Below, piece by piece: positions 50,668 through 63,720 of a DNA stretch of 64,000 nucleotides. The position numbers and the translations under genes were made by a program. The notes under the pieces were generated by a model. That model was given only the letters and a program-made list of their open reading frames with translations, had not been told where the DNA came from and made no database searches. The number at the start of each line of letters is the position of its first letter. The stretch's first letter is position 1. The stretch spans positions 3,114,524 through 3,178,523 of the forward strand of contig MU053873.1 in assembly GCA_013239625.1 (NCBI GenBank). Direction: 5' to 3'. The stretch is from Lama guanicoe. Lineage: Eukaryota.

Positions 50668-50712
50668 ATCTCTTTTGCGCCGCCGCTGCCACGATCCACC
50701 GCTGTCTGGACA
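50668..50712 (-). CDS. MYO18B: MYO18B 45-nt coding micro-exon, phase 2 to 2
   Basis: ccttctag|T GTC CAG ACA GCG GTG GAT CGT GGC AGC GGC GGC GCA AAA GAG AT|gtaagt gives (S)VQTAVDRGSGGAKE(I). Recalled human peptide is SVQTAVDCGSSGRKEM. Phase joins both neighbouring exons. Confidence 0.93.
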
Positions 50713-51669
50713 CTAGAAGGAGGCACAAGAAAGAATCTGTTACCCTTGGGCTGCCAGGGGCTGTGGAAGAACAGTCTCTGATGTTAAATAAACTCGGGCT
50801 TGGGACCCACCTTCAACCGTTGCCACTGTGTGTGATCTCAGGCAAGTTACTCTCCCCAAGTCTCCTGAGCTCCTTCATAAAATGTAGCTAACAACGGGCC
50901 ACCGCCCTCAAAGCTGTGGAGCTGACTAAGTGAGATAACCCTTATAAACATTTCAGCATGGTTCTTGGCAAATCAACAGTGTTAATGAAAGGGCAGCCAC
51001 CATTACCACTACTCTTGTTTTAGTACAACTAGTACTGCTATTAACAGAGAGCAAGGCATTTTCTTCATAATCTTTATGAGCACTTGCAAACCAGACACGG
51101 GGCTGTGGTGCTCGGCTTTCCCAGTGCATTCTGGGAAACTCTGGAACTAATGACAACAGTAGCTATTCTGCAGGGAGCACCCCTTGATTCAACAAATACG
51201 CTTCACATGCAATCTCATCTGACCACCTTGCCCGGCTCTATCTTAGAGCTGAGGAAGCTGACTCCGTTGTCTAAGGTCACATAGCTTTGACTCCCAGGTC
51301 TGTGAGAGACACTAAGCTCATAATCTTAACCAGAGTACGACTGCCCAAGGAATGGGCATCAGACACCTAAGCCATCATTTTAATCCTGGTTCCTCAGCCA
51401 GGACCTCCCAGCTTTATTCTTCACTGCAATCTGGGCAGTTCTTTCCCAGAAAACCTGATCACTTTCCCTACCGGATGCACCTGTGGCTAGCTGGCCCCTA
51501 CCCCCAAGGGCCAGTCACTCTCGGGGCTTCTACTAACATATACCTGTCCCCATCAGACTGCAAGAGCCCCTCAAAGGACAAGAACATCAAATCTTGTTCA
51601 TCCCTTTAGCCCCAGGGCTCAGGCAAGATTAGACGTTCTCTCAGACAATGCCTTGTGAACCCAACAGAA

Positions 51670-51897
51670 GAGGGGTCTGTAAACAACAGCCATGGACCAA
51701 ATCTATCCTACAAATCTGTTTTTTATAAGTTAAGTTTCATTGGAACATGGCCATCCTCACTCATTTGCATTTTTGTCCATGACTGCTTTTGCTCCACAAT
51801 GGCAGAGTACAGTAGTTCCAACAGAGATCACACAGCCTGAAAAGCCTAAAATATTTACTATCTGTCTGGTCTTTTAAAGAAAAATTAGCTGCTCTCT
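51670..51897 (+). mobile_element. MER58A (hAT-Charlie)
   Basis: aagtttcattggaacatggcca...caatggcagagtacagtagttccaacagaga...aaagcctaaaatatttactatctg. Confidence 0.85.
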
Positions 51898-51920
51898 CCA
51901 GTATAACAAAAAGCACCTTT

Positions 51921-52462
51921 TGTGAAAGATCCTTCAAGGGGCAGAATAATGACCCCAAAGATGTCAACATCCTAATCATTCACCTCTAATCCCAAGAACT
52001 TCTGACTATGTTTCCTGACATGTTAAGAGACTTTGCAGGTGTGACACGGGTCTTGAGAGAGGGAGGGGATCTTGGATTATCTGGGTGGGCCTTGTCCAAT
52101 GACTCCAATCCTCAAAAGCAGAGAACTTTCCCCAGATCTGGTCAGGGGGAGGTGTGGCTATGGAAGAACAGTCAGAGATGCAACATTTCTGGCTTTGAGG
52201 ATGGAAGTGGCCACAAGCCAAGGAATGTGGGTGTCCTCTGGAAGCTGCCAAAGGCAAGGAAATGGATTCTCCTCTAGAGTTTCAGAAGGAACACAGCTCT
52301 GCTGACAGTGATTTTAGCCCAGGGAGATCCATGTTGGACTTCTAATTAACAGAACAGTAAGATAATTAAGCCACGAAATTTGAGCTAAATTACTATGGCA
52401 GCCACTAAATTTAAGCCACTAAATTTGTGATAATTTGCTATGGCAGCAATAGAATAAAAGTA
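51921..52462 (+). mobile_element. MaLR solo LTR (MLT1D-like)
   Basis: gcagaataatgaccccaaagatgtc...agccaaggaatgtggg...aaaggcaaggaaatggattctcctctagag. Probable 5-bp TSD ccttt (51916-51920 and 52463-52467). Confidence 0.87.
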
Positions 52463-54329
52463 CCTTTTATGAGTGACCCTAAATCTTCTTGAGGATCTAC
52501 ATAAAATTGTTTGATTATAGCTCCTTAACAAACTATTCAAAAACACTTAAAAACAAAAACTGTCACAGAAGTGGTCAATGCGAGCAGAACCAGCTCTAGT
52601 CCCACTGTGACCTGAGTCCTCCCTAAGGCTCTGTGTGCTGGGGCTGCAGGAGGAACACCAGACCAGGAAGAGAGGTGACTGAATCCTAGTGCCCTCAGGG
52701 TGTGGCCTCGGCCTATTCTCTGCCCTCTTTGGGGTGTCAAGTGTCCCCATCTGTGAAATGAGGTGTTTGCACACTGAGGACTTGTCTAGCTTGGGTGCTT
52801 GAAAATTACATGCAATGGAGAGGGTGCACTTGGGCCCTAGAGCCAGAGTCCTGGTCCTTTTATGAGACTCTTATGAAGACTGTAAAACTTCCATTTCCCC
52901 AAATGCACAAACACGGACTCCAATTTTAATGCAATATCAGAAGGTTCACCGTAAAATCTCTAGAACTCATGCATGGACACCTCCTCCCTCAACCTATAGT
53001 TCAAAGACCCCCATTAAAGACACTGGTTCCAGGTGACTGAAGGTGGTAAGCGAGAGCCAGGGGAGCAGAGGCTCGGAAATACTCATAGAAAGAAGAAAAG
53101 AGCTAAGAGTCTTGTGGGCCAAGCAACAGAGTTCAAGAAGGTGTCACATTCCCCTTAAAAAGAGAGGGTGAGTCGTACACAGGACAAGGTTTCTCATGCC
53201 CACAAGCAGGGAGGATGGGCGTACACTGGCTGCAGTAGGGGCGAGATGTGAGGCAGGACGAAAGAGAGGGAGGGGCTTTGGGCCCATTTCCCACCCCAGG
53301 ACTCCATGACTCTCAATTTAAAAAGGCTGTGCCCAGAGACCCTGGTGGGTGCCTGGGCAACCTAATGTCTCCATAATCCTAACATAAGTGGCCTTGAACT
53401 CTGCAGGAGAAAAGGTCTGTGCAGCCAGGCATCTACACCTAATTCATGGGACTGAACAACAATCTTAAGTTGAACCCAGCACAGGAACATCTTTAGAGCG
53501 CAACGCAGCTAATCAAGTAATCAAGGCACAGGCTAGGGCTAATTCTTCTGGCATAACTGGACATCTCAAAGTGAGTAAGTCTCCAGTCTGGGGGGTTAGA
53601 GACCCTTCAGCAGGGGGCAAATTTAAACACTGAGTCCATGCACGGGGAACCTTCTTCTCTCACTCCAGCTGCACTCCATCCTACACTAGGATTTTCTACA
53701 GGAGTTTGCTTTGGTGTCAAAGAGGGGGGTCTTTTTAAAGGAGGCATTTAAAACCCACGGACCCTTCCACCACACGAAGAAAGTCTCTGGACCTCAAGCT
53801 CCATGAGGCTGATTCATGTTTGCCTGTTTCCTACCGTCTCCTGCCCTAACATGGAAGGTATGCACTGATGATAGTGGTGATGGTGATTTTAATCTTCATC
53901 AAGGGCAGCTGACCTGTCCATGGTCCTGATCTCCTTGGCAGTGCAGCCTGACATGTGGTCCTTGGTTCTTCCCTCATGTCCTGTCCAGTAAGGACCAGTG
54001 GTTCCTTATCTGGCCTTGGTGCATGTGGCTTTTCAAGAAGAACCTGGGCCAGGCATTCATGAACAAGGGGATTGCTGATGAACAACTAAGTGTTTTTTTG
54101 GTATATTCTTTGTGGGTAAGTCTTTGCCAAGCAACTCCAGTCTGAACGCAAACACTGCCTGGTAAGTAACACGCAAATGCATTGGCCCCACACCACAGTG
54201 ACAGACACAAGTTCACCAGAATGATAAGCCAGTTACTTGGCAGAGACAGACCTTGACAAGAGAAAAGAGGAAGATGGCATGTTTGACATGACAGGAGAGC
54301 TTGGTCATTGAAAGTGTGGGTGATGGGGT

Positions 54330-54510
54330 TGGCCTGGAAATCAAATCATGTCCCCTCACTTACTGTGTGAGCTGGAACCAGTTTCTTGACTTCCCTAAGC
54401 TCCAGTTTCTTCATCTGTAAACTGGGGGTGATAACGATATCAACCTTAGGAGTTGTTGTAAGAACAATGTATGTAAAACACATAGGTTGTGTAGCATAGC
54501 ACAAAGCCAG
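54330..54510 (+). mobile_element. MIR SINE
   Basis: Core cagtttcttcatctgtaaactgggggtgataa...aggagttgttgtaagaa. Confidence 0.75.
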
Positions 54511-57500
54511 TCCTCGGGAAAGAGGACCTATGACCACAATGATCTGCATTTCCTGGGATGCCAGAGTGGATAAAGCAGCTTGGAGCCCTGTCCCCAAGAA
54601 TCCCACTAGCTGGGTATCCGGGCCTTCCAAGCTAGAAAGATGCTTAGAAAGACAGGTGTCATCTGTGGCATCATTAAACACATGCTATCCTGCCCTAGGG
54701 CTCCGTGATTTAATTTGGAATGTCTGAGAATAATGGGGAAATGCTGTGAGCTATCCCTTCCGAGCAAAATTAGAGGGTAAGAGAGTTGTGGGAAAAGCGA
54801 CATGAGCAGGTCCAGAGCCTGCCCTGCTCTGTAGCAGGAACCTTGCAGTCTGGCCAGAGCCCAGCCCACTAATGAATAAGTCAACTCAGAATTATGCCCT
54901 CGGTGGCAGCTGCAATCTTTGGTCAGACCCACATCTTTCTCCTTCTCCTACCGCAACCTCATTTTCGCTAAGTTAAAAGGATGGATGTTGGAAAATGTGC
55001 AATTTACACTCAACATAGCAATAAAGGACTCCTTTCCAGAGCATTCATCTGAGGTGGGGCCAGCTGGCATGGACACACTCTCAGCTGACCCACAAGTTAG
55101 AGGTCATCTATTGACTTTTCCACCCCCTACCCTACCCCAAACTCCCAGCCGAGGCGATGACAGAGCAGCCGCAGACCCCAGGCCAGGAATAGATGAGGCT
55201 GTCAGCTGACACCCCTCTCTCCATGACAGATGAGCCCGCTCCAGGCCTGGGGGGACAGCTTAAAACATTAATCTAAGAAGGCTGACGCCACAGTCTAAGT
55301 TACAACGTGGGGGCCCTGGCGCAGGAGAGCACGCATTTAAACGCTGCTGCACAGGCAACCTGGCTTTCTGAGCACGTAGCCACGTTTCTAGCCTGGAAGG
55401 CCTGTTACGCTCGGATCTAATTCCCAACATGGGGAAATGTGCCTTTTCATAATGTGAACAAGTCTCTCAAAGAACCTCACCTCCAGCTGAAGCACTGTTC
55501 TTCCTCTCTCTCCTGGGGTGGGTCTGAATCCTAATTGCGGGCTGTTTGGAGAAGTACCTCAGACCAGCCCTTCAGGCTCCAATCCAAGTCTCTTACCCGA
55601 GGTGGCAAGACGATTAAGGGAGGAGCAGGGTGTGGAGCTGGCAGGCGGGGCAGAGCACAGGCCGGTGGCACTGGGGCAGGTGCTGGGACTCTGCTCCCGG
55701 CGGTGGCTCTACAACCCAGCCACGCACGTATCTTTTTATTGCTGATAACCAGTTTAATTACACTGCGACCAGACAACATGGTTTGTGTGATATTAACTCT
55801 CTGAAAAGTGTTGAGACTTCTTTGTGGGTGATTTTTCTCCAGTCTTCCTCGGCTCCTACGCTGTTATTAAAACCGACACTCCGTGTAAGTTTCAAATCTA
55901 AGTTACAAGACAGCGAGTAAGGACCAAAGCCTGCTGACAATTGAGAAACACTTCCCAAGAACCACCCCGGGGTCGGGGCTGGCTTCGCAGGCTCACAGCC
56001 TGAGCCCAGAAGGGCCTGTGCTCGGTATGATGCTCTGCTGTGATCATCCTGAAATTCTAAATCTGTTTTGAACAAGAAGCCCCATGTTCTCGTTTCACAG
56101 TGGACCCACAGATTATGTAGTCAGTCTTGCCTGGGCTTCTCGGGCCCTTCGAGGAACTGGGGGACACAGTGGGCTTCCATGGCCATTTCAAAAGGGGAAG
56201 AAAGGTAAGAAAAGAGGGGAGGGCGAGGAAAGAAGAGGAGTTCCCTCTCTCCCATTTATCTCACTCTGGCACCCTGGTCAACTTTCACTTCCTAGAGCAT
56301 TCCTCCCTTCCCTCCAGAGCGCCCAGGTCTGGCCCCTTCTTCTCACCCAGGTTTTAAATCAATTCTTCCTCTCAAGGGGGCCATGTCTTCCTGCCCTGCT
56401 ACTCATCACAGCACTGTGTTCTCTGCCTCCTCGACTCCTACTGTATTCTAGTGTTTAGTCCTCAGCCTGCTCCCTGTACTCAAGGATGGGGACGGACGGA
56501 TGGACACACACACACACACACCCATCAGGATGCAGGTTCCATGAAGCCAGAGACCACCCTATACTCTTCTCCCTCCCTGTTCCACAGGAATTTAACTTCT
56601 TCCTGATCTCGGGCAAGTTATTCAATCTCTCTTTATCTGTAAAATAGAGGAAAAGGATAACAAGAAGCAAGTGGAATAAGACAAGCACCTAGAACACTGC
56701 CTGGCGCAGAACCGGTGAGAATCCACCACATGAAGGAATGAAACTGGGGGCTGGTGAGCCCCTACCGGGCACAAGGCACTATGCCAGGGGATCATTTTTT
56801 TCCACCTACTTATCAATCCATCTTACAGATGAAGAGACTGAGGCTCAGCAAGGATGAATAACTTGCCGAAAGTCACGCAGAAATGCACTGCTGGATCCTC
56901 GCCTGGAAATCAGGCTTGATAAAATGAAACGCGGCTCCCCTGCACCCCCACCCCCCGCCCCGCAGCAGCCCTTACTTCCAGCTGCAATAATCCTTCCAGC
57001 TGCCTGGGCTCTTCCAGGTACAAGAGGCCATCTCTTCACATCTGGTGTTCTATGATCATCCCCACCTTACACAACCCTGAAATGCAGGTGAGGTCCCTTC
57101 CAACCTGAGGACGCGTGTGTCAGGTGCTGTGTGGACACTTGTGATCCAGACTCAGGAAAAGTCATCAGACATTCAGTCAAGAGGAAGATTTAAAGCCCCA
57201 GAGACAAAAGATGGTGAAAATGCAGACAGAAAGCAAAGGTTCAGACTGGATTCCCAGGGGCCCAGGACCTGGAGCTCAGAAAACCTAAGGGAACAAGGGA
57301 GTTCGCATGAGGCTTGTTATCTGGAGAAAAAACAAAGGTGCCTCTTACTAGGATGACCGTGAGGGCAGGGTCCCTTTATGGCCCCAGGGGACCCACTGTA
57401 AGCAGTGACCGGAGTGATGTTTGTCACAGTCTGTGACCTCACCAGCAGGACCTCACTCCACAGGCAAGAATCTGCTCTTGTCACAGGTGCTGCCCAGCTT

Positions 57501-59688
57501 CTCCCTGCACCTCCAGGCACGGACTCTCTGCCTCTTTCCAATCTTGTTATTTTTAGAACTTTAACTGTTTATTAGAAAAGCAATCTCTTGCTATGCAAGT
57601 AAAAATGGTTCAGAAGTTTTGCTCATTGGCAAAAAACCCCAAATACTAGTTTATACGGCCATTAATTCCCATTATAATTAATGCAAAAAGTCTAGCATTT
57701 CTATTAACGGAGAAGCCAGCCCAGCATCGAGCGGGTGATACCGACACTAGGGATTTGTAATTACAGACGTTAGTCCTGTCATGACACTAATAAAACTAGA
57801 GGGGGGTGGTGGACGGGGGTTTCTGTGTGTACGCAGGAGCTGGGAAGCAGCTGTACCATCCGTATTTGCTGTGTTGCTAGCAATCTGACAGCTGTGCAAA
57901 TGAGCAGGGCAAGGTAGAAATCCTTAGAATGTGCACAAAGCAATCTTTGCACAAACTGAGGAGTTTTTTAGATCAAGCCCTTTATTTAGAGGCAAGAACA
58001 TGGCAAGTGCACTGGGTCTCTGTCTCACTGATGCTGAGCGTGACTGTCTTCATGGGGAAGTTGGAGGTTACATGCCTCTAAGCAGCTTATGACCTTCCCA
58101 GGACTGCATGAAGGAAACAATATGTTCCTGGTCTAAGATCAGGAGTATAAAGTACATGACTTGTATGAGCAAATCCTCCTAAACAGGACCCTAGAATGGC
58201 CAGGGATGTGTGTGCATGTTCACTGCATAAATCTGAGAAAAAATAAACTTGAAAAAAATAAAAATTTAGGTCCAGCAGTGCCTTCCCTCAGTATTAGAAT
58301 GTTGGTGTGCTTCCTTCCAGTCTTTTTTCTGGACTGGGTGTGGTCAGCCCCAGTTCAGATGCCTGGGTCTTCCCACTGGCTAAACCATGGCCCACAGGCA
58401 ACTCTCTCTTCTTCCCTTGCTGCCCGTCTCATCTGCACACCTCCTGCCACAGGCAAAGGTCTGGCTTGGGGACTAAGGAGCCCTGGGTTCTAAATCAGTG
58501 CAGGGAACTTATCTGCTGGGTGATCTTGAACTTCTCTGAATCAGGGTCGTCATGCAGAAAAGGAGAGGGTTGCACTCCATGGGCTGGTATCTGAATGTTT
58601 CAGCTGCAGCACAAACCATCCCCCACAGAGACAAAGATCAGGAGGGAGCAGCTGCTGATGCAGCTGGAACAGGTGTGCGCAGGGGTGGCTGGTGGGAGCT
58701 GGGAAAAACCACATCTGATGGTTCAGTTAAGGTGCCCCATCTCGCACCTTCACATTATTTATGCAGAGGAGATGCCTCTCCCTGTGACCTAGGCTTTGCT
58801 GCGGAGACTTCAATGAAGACAGAGATGCTACAGCCAGATGGGAAGCTGTGGTTTCCAGAGAAATCACACACCAAGTAGCTGCGGGGAACAGGACGCTATG
58901 GGCCACCTGCAGGGGCTGGACAGCCAGGGCCTGTGGGCCCAGCCAGGACACCTCAACCTCCTCCCAGCTGAGCAGCCCACCCATGGGACTGCCTTGAGAC
59001 TTGAGAGGAGATGGGAGGAGGCAGCCTGTATGCCTTCAGAGGAAGGGAAGAAGCCCTGACATTGAATTTGAGTGGTCCTGCCCATCATCAGCCATCTAAT
59101 CTTGCATCCGCGAATCCGGGGTTGCCTTTGTAAAATAGTGCTCATTACCCTCTGTAAGTATAACCGGCACCCTCAACAGCACTTACCTGCCGGGCACGAC
59201 TCACCTGTTAACTCATGTAACTCTCACTCAACCCTGAGGTACACTGTGAGTTGAATACACGCAATGCCCAGCTGGTAGGTCAAAAGTGGGCAAATCTTGG
59301 CAATTTCATGTGGTTTGCCCAATAATGTTACGTCTACTATGAAGATGAGGGAATTAGGCTCAGACTGAACGTGGGACCTGCCCAAGATCACACCCTGGAG
59401 TCCACTCTGCAGCCATTCCTCCAGGTTGTCTCCCCAAAGGCTGGCGAGCTGGGCTGTGTGGTTTCGACGGTAAGGCGGGGACACTACCACCAGCGGGGAA
59501 GCAGCCTGCCTTTCCTCACCTGAGTCAGCCAGTTACCCCTCCCGCACCTGAACGCAGCTGGGCCTCCCAGCCGATGCGGCCCTGAACCACAGACTGGAGA
59601 GTGGAAGCACTATCCACTAAAGACAGCAACACCCCCCAGGGTGCAGCTCACCTGCTGTGCCCGGCCCACCTGCCCCATCATGAGTTAC

Positions 59689-59819
59689 CTCTCCGTGTCA
59701 CTGTCACTGGACGCCACCTCTTCCAAGGCTGCCTGCAGATCAGCGATCCGCCGGATGGATGTCTCAAGGTCTGTCTGGAGGGTCTGTCTGACAGCAGCAA
59801 GCTCCTCCACGTACTTCTC
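59689..59819 (-). CDS. MYO18B: MYO18B internal coding exon (end of coiled-coil tail), 131 nt, phase 0 to 2
   Basis: Translates EKYVEELAAVRQTLQTDLETSIRRIADLQAALEEVASSDSDTE+AG, matching the recalled human MYO18B tail. Acceptor ctctgtctccag, donor AG|gtaact. No earlier exon was recognised in 59820-64000. Confidence 0.96.
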
Positions 59820-60621
59820 CTGGAGACAGAGACCACAGTACACATTGGCCTTGGACAAGCCCCCCACCCACCTTAATGAGCCCTGGGGAGGAGGCCAGTG
59901 TTCACCAAGACCCTGTATGTGGAGGGTACCCATGAGGGACTCTCTGTACAGACAGGCCTATAGACCCTCAGATAGATGCTCCAAATATTTTAGAGGAAGA
60001 AACGGATGCTTGGGGGCTCCAGGGCATGGTCCCCAGACAGAACTCACTCACCCACATCCCACACCAAGGGTGTTGAACCTAGTCTGTCTGACCCCAAGCA
60101 GGCACTTGGATGGATGGGTAGATGGACAAATCAATTACAACGTATGAAGAGTTGCTGAAAGGCTCTGGAGGCTGAGTCCCGCTGGAGACAATGTGGAGTG
60201 GGAGGTTGGGGGAAGACAGAATGAGAATGGATCCCTTTCAGCTCAGCCACCTAGACTCCCCCTACTTTCCATCCTCAAAGGCAGTAAAGGCAAGGATGGA
60301 AACCCCAGTGGGCTCCCTTGGGAGCACGCTGGCTCCACGGCGTCACTGAGATCCTTCCATGCCCAGCACTGTGTCCAGCGTTTCAGGCTCCTGACCACAC
60401 TCACTCCTCATGAGCCTGGCTGGTGGGGGTCCTATCACTGCCCCCATTTTCCAGATAAGGACCGAGCGCTGACTGGCCAAGCTGGGGCTGGGGCTTGGTG
60501 CATCTGCCTCTCCTCCCGGTGCTCATCCCATTACTTTCTGCCCTCATTGGATTTTGTCCAGACCCTCTGGGAAATCTCTGACGTCCGTTTGTAACATATT
60601 TCCCACACTCCTTCCCTTTAA

Positions 60622-60813
60622 CATGATGACTGCCAACCGAGGGTGCCTCTGCCCCTAGTCTAGAGACGTGTTTGGTTCTCACGCTTGGGAGTCTTATGGC
60701 AACTGGTGGAGTAGAGGTCAAGGGTGCTCCCCAACCTTCTACACTGCACAGGACGGCCCCCACCACAAGGATTACTTCCCACGTATCAACAGTGTCCGGT
60801 CTGAGAAACCCTG
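60622..60813 (+). mobile_element. MER20 (hAT-Charlie)
   Basis: gtagaggtcaagggtgct...tgcacaggacggcccccaccacaaggatta...tgagaaaccctg. Confidence 0.8.
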
Positions 60814-63594
60814 GGTTAAACCGAGAAACCCGCCTTCTGGGAATTAATCCTACGAGATATAAATAAAAACGGCAGAGCAAGGCCCTGTATCCAAGGATGC
60901 CTGGAGCAGTGCCACTGACGACACAGAGAGGCTGAAAGCCACCTCACCGCCCAACAACTGGGGATGGTTAGGGAAACCACAGTGGGTCACTTTGATGCTA
61001 TTAAGGCAGACATCGACATGAGAAGTAAGGATGGTGGCAGCACGGAATACGTCTGTGAAATAATGCTAAGCAAGCAGAATAGAACAGAGGGAGCAACAGG
61101 TCTTAAAAGCCTCAACCCGCGTGGAGCCTTCTGGTGGGCAGAGGGCAGGGACAGGGCAGGTGATGTGTCTCAGGGGTGGGTGGGACTAAGAAGATGAGCA
61201 GAGGAGATGGGGACCCGAGATGGGTCAGGTCCGTAGTACCATGAAAGTGAAAGTAGGCTCTGCAGCCAGATGCTTGCGTTTGAATCCAAGCTCTACCACT
61301 CACTGGCTGTATGACCTACAGTGAGTTACTCAACCTCTCGGACCCCCATGGGTAAAATGGGGACAGTGGTAGCCCCCTTCACCAGGCTGTCGGGAGGGCC
61401 AAATGAGCCTGGCAGAGAGGAAAGGCGTGGCCAATGATGACATCACTATCATTCGATTCTCAGAGGACGATGAAGAGCAATTGGGTGGGTGTCCCCACAT
61501 CACCGAAGAAGTCTGCCAAGGTCATGCAGAGAAGAAAGAGGTTGGAATGCAGGACTTTGGATGAAATCTTTTTCACCATCTGCAGGGGAAAGACCTGGAC
61601 AGAAAGCCCGGGCAGCTGAGGGGATGAGTTAACGAGACAGAATGAGGGGAACTGAGAGCAAGAAAACCATCGACAGATGACAGATGGGGTTCTGGGGCCT
61701 GCCGCTACCTCCAACCCTCCACGTGCCCCTTGTCTGCTGTGCCCCATCCTCCATCTGCCTGGGGATCACAAACGGCTCAGTGGGAACCTCCCAAGAAGAT
61801 GGATTTGGGAAATTTAGAGTCTGTGTAATCAGCAATCAGCAAACCTTTCCTGCTTCAACTCAAAAACCAAACAGTCTGCTGATTGCAGAGACCAAGCCAT
61901 TAGGCAAAATGGATGTGGTGTCCCCAACAGTCTTCATGGGGCAGACAAAACAAGGCCCCAGCCGGAGATGGCTGGAGAGAAATGTAGGGGTGATGCACAA
62001 GGGAAGCCCCCCTCAGGCCTTCTTCCCCCTCCACAACCAGCCATGCTGAGGACCCGGTCAGCTCCGCTACGCAAATGGGGTTGTTTTGAGACCAACAGTG
62101 AGCTTGGTCTCCTCTATTTTTATCTCTCTTTGGGGACCTAGAGAGGAAGAAGTTAGGGGGCACAGAAAACAGGATACGAAACCATCTAGATAGTGAAATG
62201 CACACAATGGAAATCCACTAATAAATATACCACATGCTCATATTAATCTACTTCTACAACATAGTGACATACACATTGTAATAGACACACAGCATACTAA
62301 TACAGATTATATATTCATTATATATTTGTTCCTATACCATTCACTCACTCACTCACTAAGCATTCACTGAGTACCTACTACGTGCCAGCATTGATCTAAG
62401 CATGGCGACATAGACAGATAAAACCCTAACTTCTGGGAGCGTCATTCTTGCAGGGTCCTAATCTACCCGTACTGCTGGTGCCTACAACACAGGCACTCAC
62501 TATGCCTTGGGACTGAGTGAGGGGTGTTACTGCAACGACGAGAGCTGAACGAAGGAGGGGCCAGGGTACCACACTCACTAGGGCATACGTGGTACACACC
62601 ATGCATACAGACATCAATGCAAGACTGCGGTGTGTTGTACACACTGGCCTCCCCTGCATTGTGTAAGAGAGTCATTAACCCCTGTGAGACTCCCAGGCTG
62701 TGCAGAGTTGCCCATGTGGGTAGCAGTTCATGCAATAATTAGTAGTGGCAATTAAAATCATCTCTTGTGATGTTCAATTAGAGGCTAATATTTAAAACCA
62801 CTGCCTGGTTTCTCTGCCCAAGGCACCACGGTCATCAGGGGACCCTCTGCTGTCCGCAAACACACAGGACTCTAGTGCTGCTTTCTGCGTCTCTAACCTC
62901 TGGAGGTGTCCCGCAGGGCCTCCTAAAGTTAATTTCACCTCTTTTATTACAGGGCAGACTGCCTCAAAACACTCCTGCAACCTGATGAAACATCACCTTG
63001 TTATTTTTTCCTGATGGCGCTAAAGACAAATAGAAAATTCTTGTTACAAGACGGCCAAAAAAACACCATACACATGGTGTGCAAATATATACAAATGTAT
63101 ATTTATATAATGTATACATGTCATATAGATAAATGTAAATGTATAAACATAAACATATATAAATATGTATAGGTGTGACTGTGTGCACATTTGTATGCAG
63201 AGATACACAAATGTTCCCAGTCTGACACACAGCACATACTTAATATTTGGGAAAAAATTAATAAATGAATATAGTTATTTCTATTTCTCACATGGGCAGG
63301 CACTCCGCTAAATGCCTGAAATTCCTTACTTCATGTGGTCTTTATAACAACTCTTAGAGTCACGTACGACATAAACGCATAAAAGGAAACGTGAGAATAT
63401 TACAACAAAGGAGCAGAAGAGTTATTATCTCTGCGGGATGAGATAGCAGGTGATATTTAGCTTCCTTTTTAAACTTCTTCAGATATGCTGCAAAGAATAT
63501 GAATTACTTTTATTATCAGAAAGTTAAAAAAGACAGGACTATCTCCCTCTGCACAGCCATGAACAGCCCCCAGGTCTACCTGCTCAACACCTCT

Positions 63595-63720
63595 CATGGC
63601 AGCCTCATTATCCCCATTTTACAGATGAACGGGCTGAGCCTCAGGAAGGTTAAGTCACGTGCCCAGGGACGTGGAACCAGGACATGACAATTTAGAGTGG
63701 ACCCTGGTCTCATGACCCCA
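63595..63720 (-). mobile_element. MIR SINE
   Basis: Core attatccccattttacagatgaacgggctgagcctcaggaaggttaagtcacgtgcccagg. Confidence 0.75.

Noticed and set aside
59530..59600. Possible extra minus-strand exon (ctccag|TCTGTG...GGG|gtaact) just downstream of the 131-nt exon
   Set aside because: The peptide does not resemble MYO18B, and the expected next peptide is found at 50668-50712.
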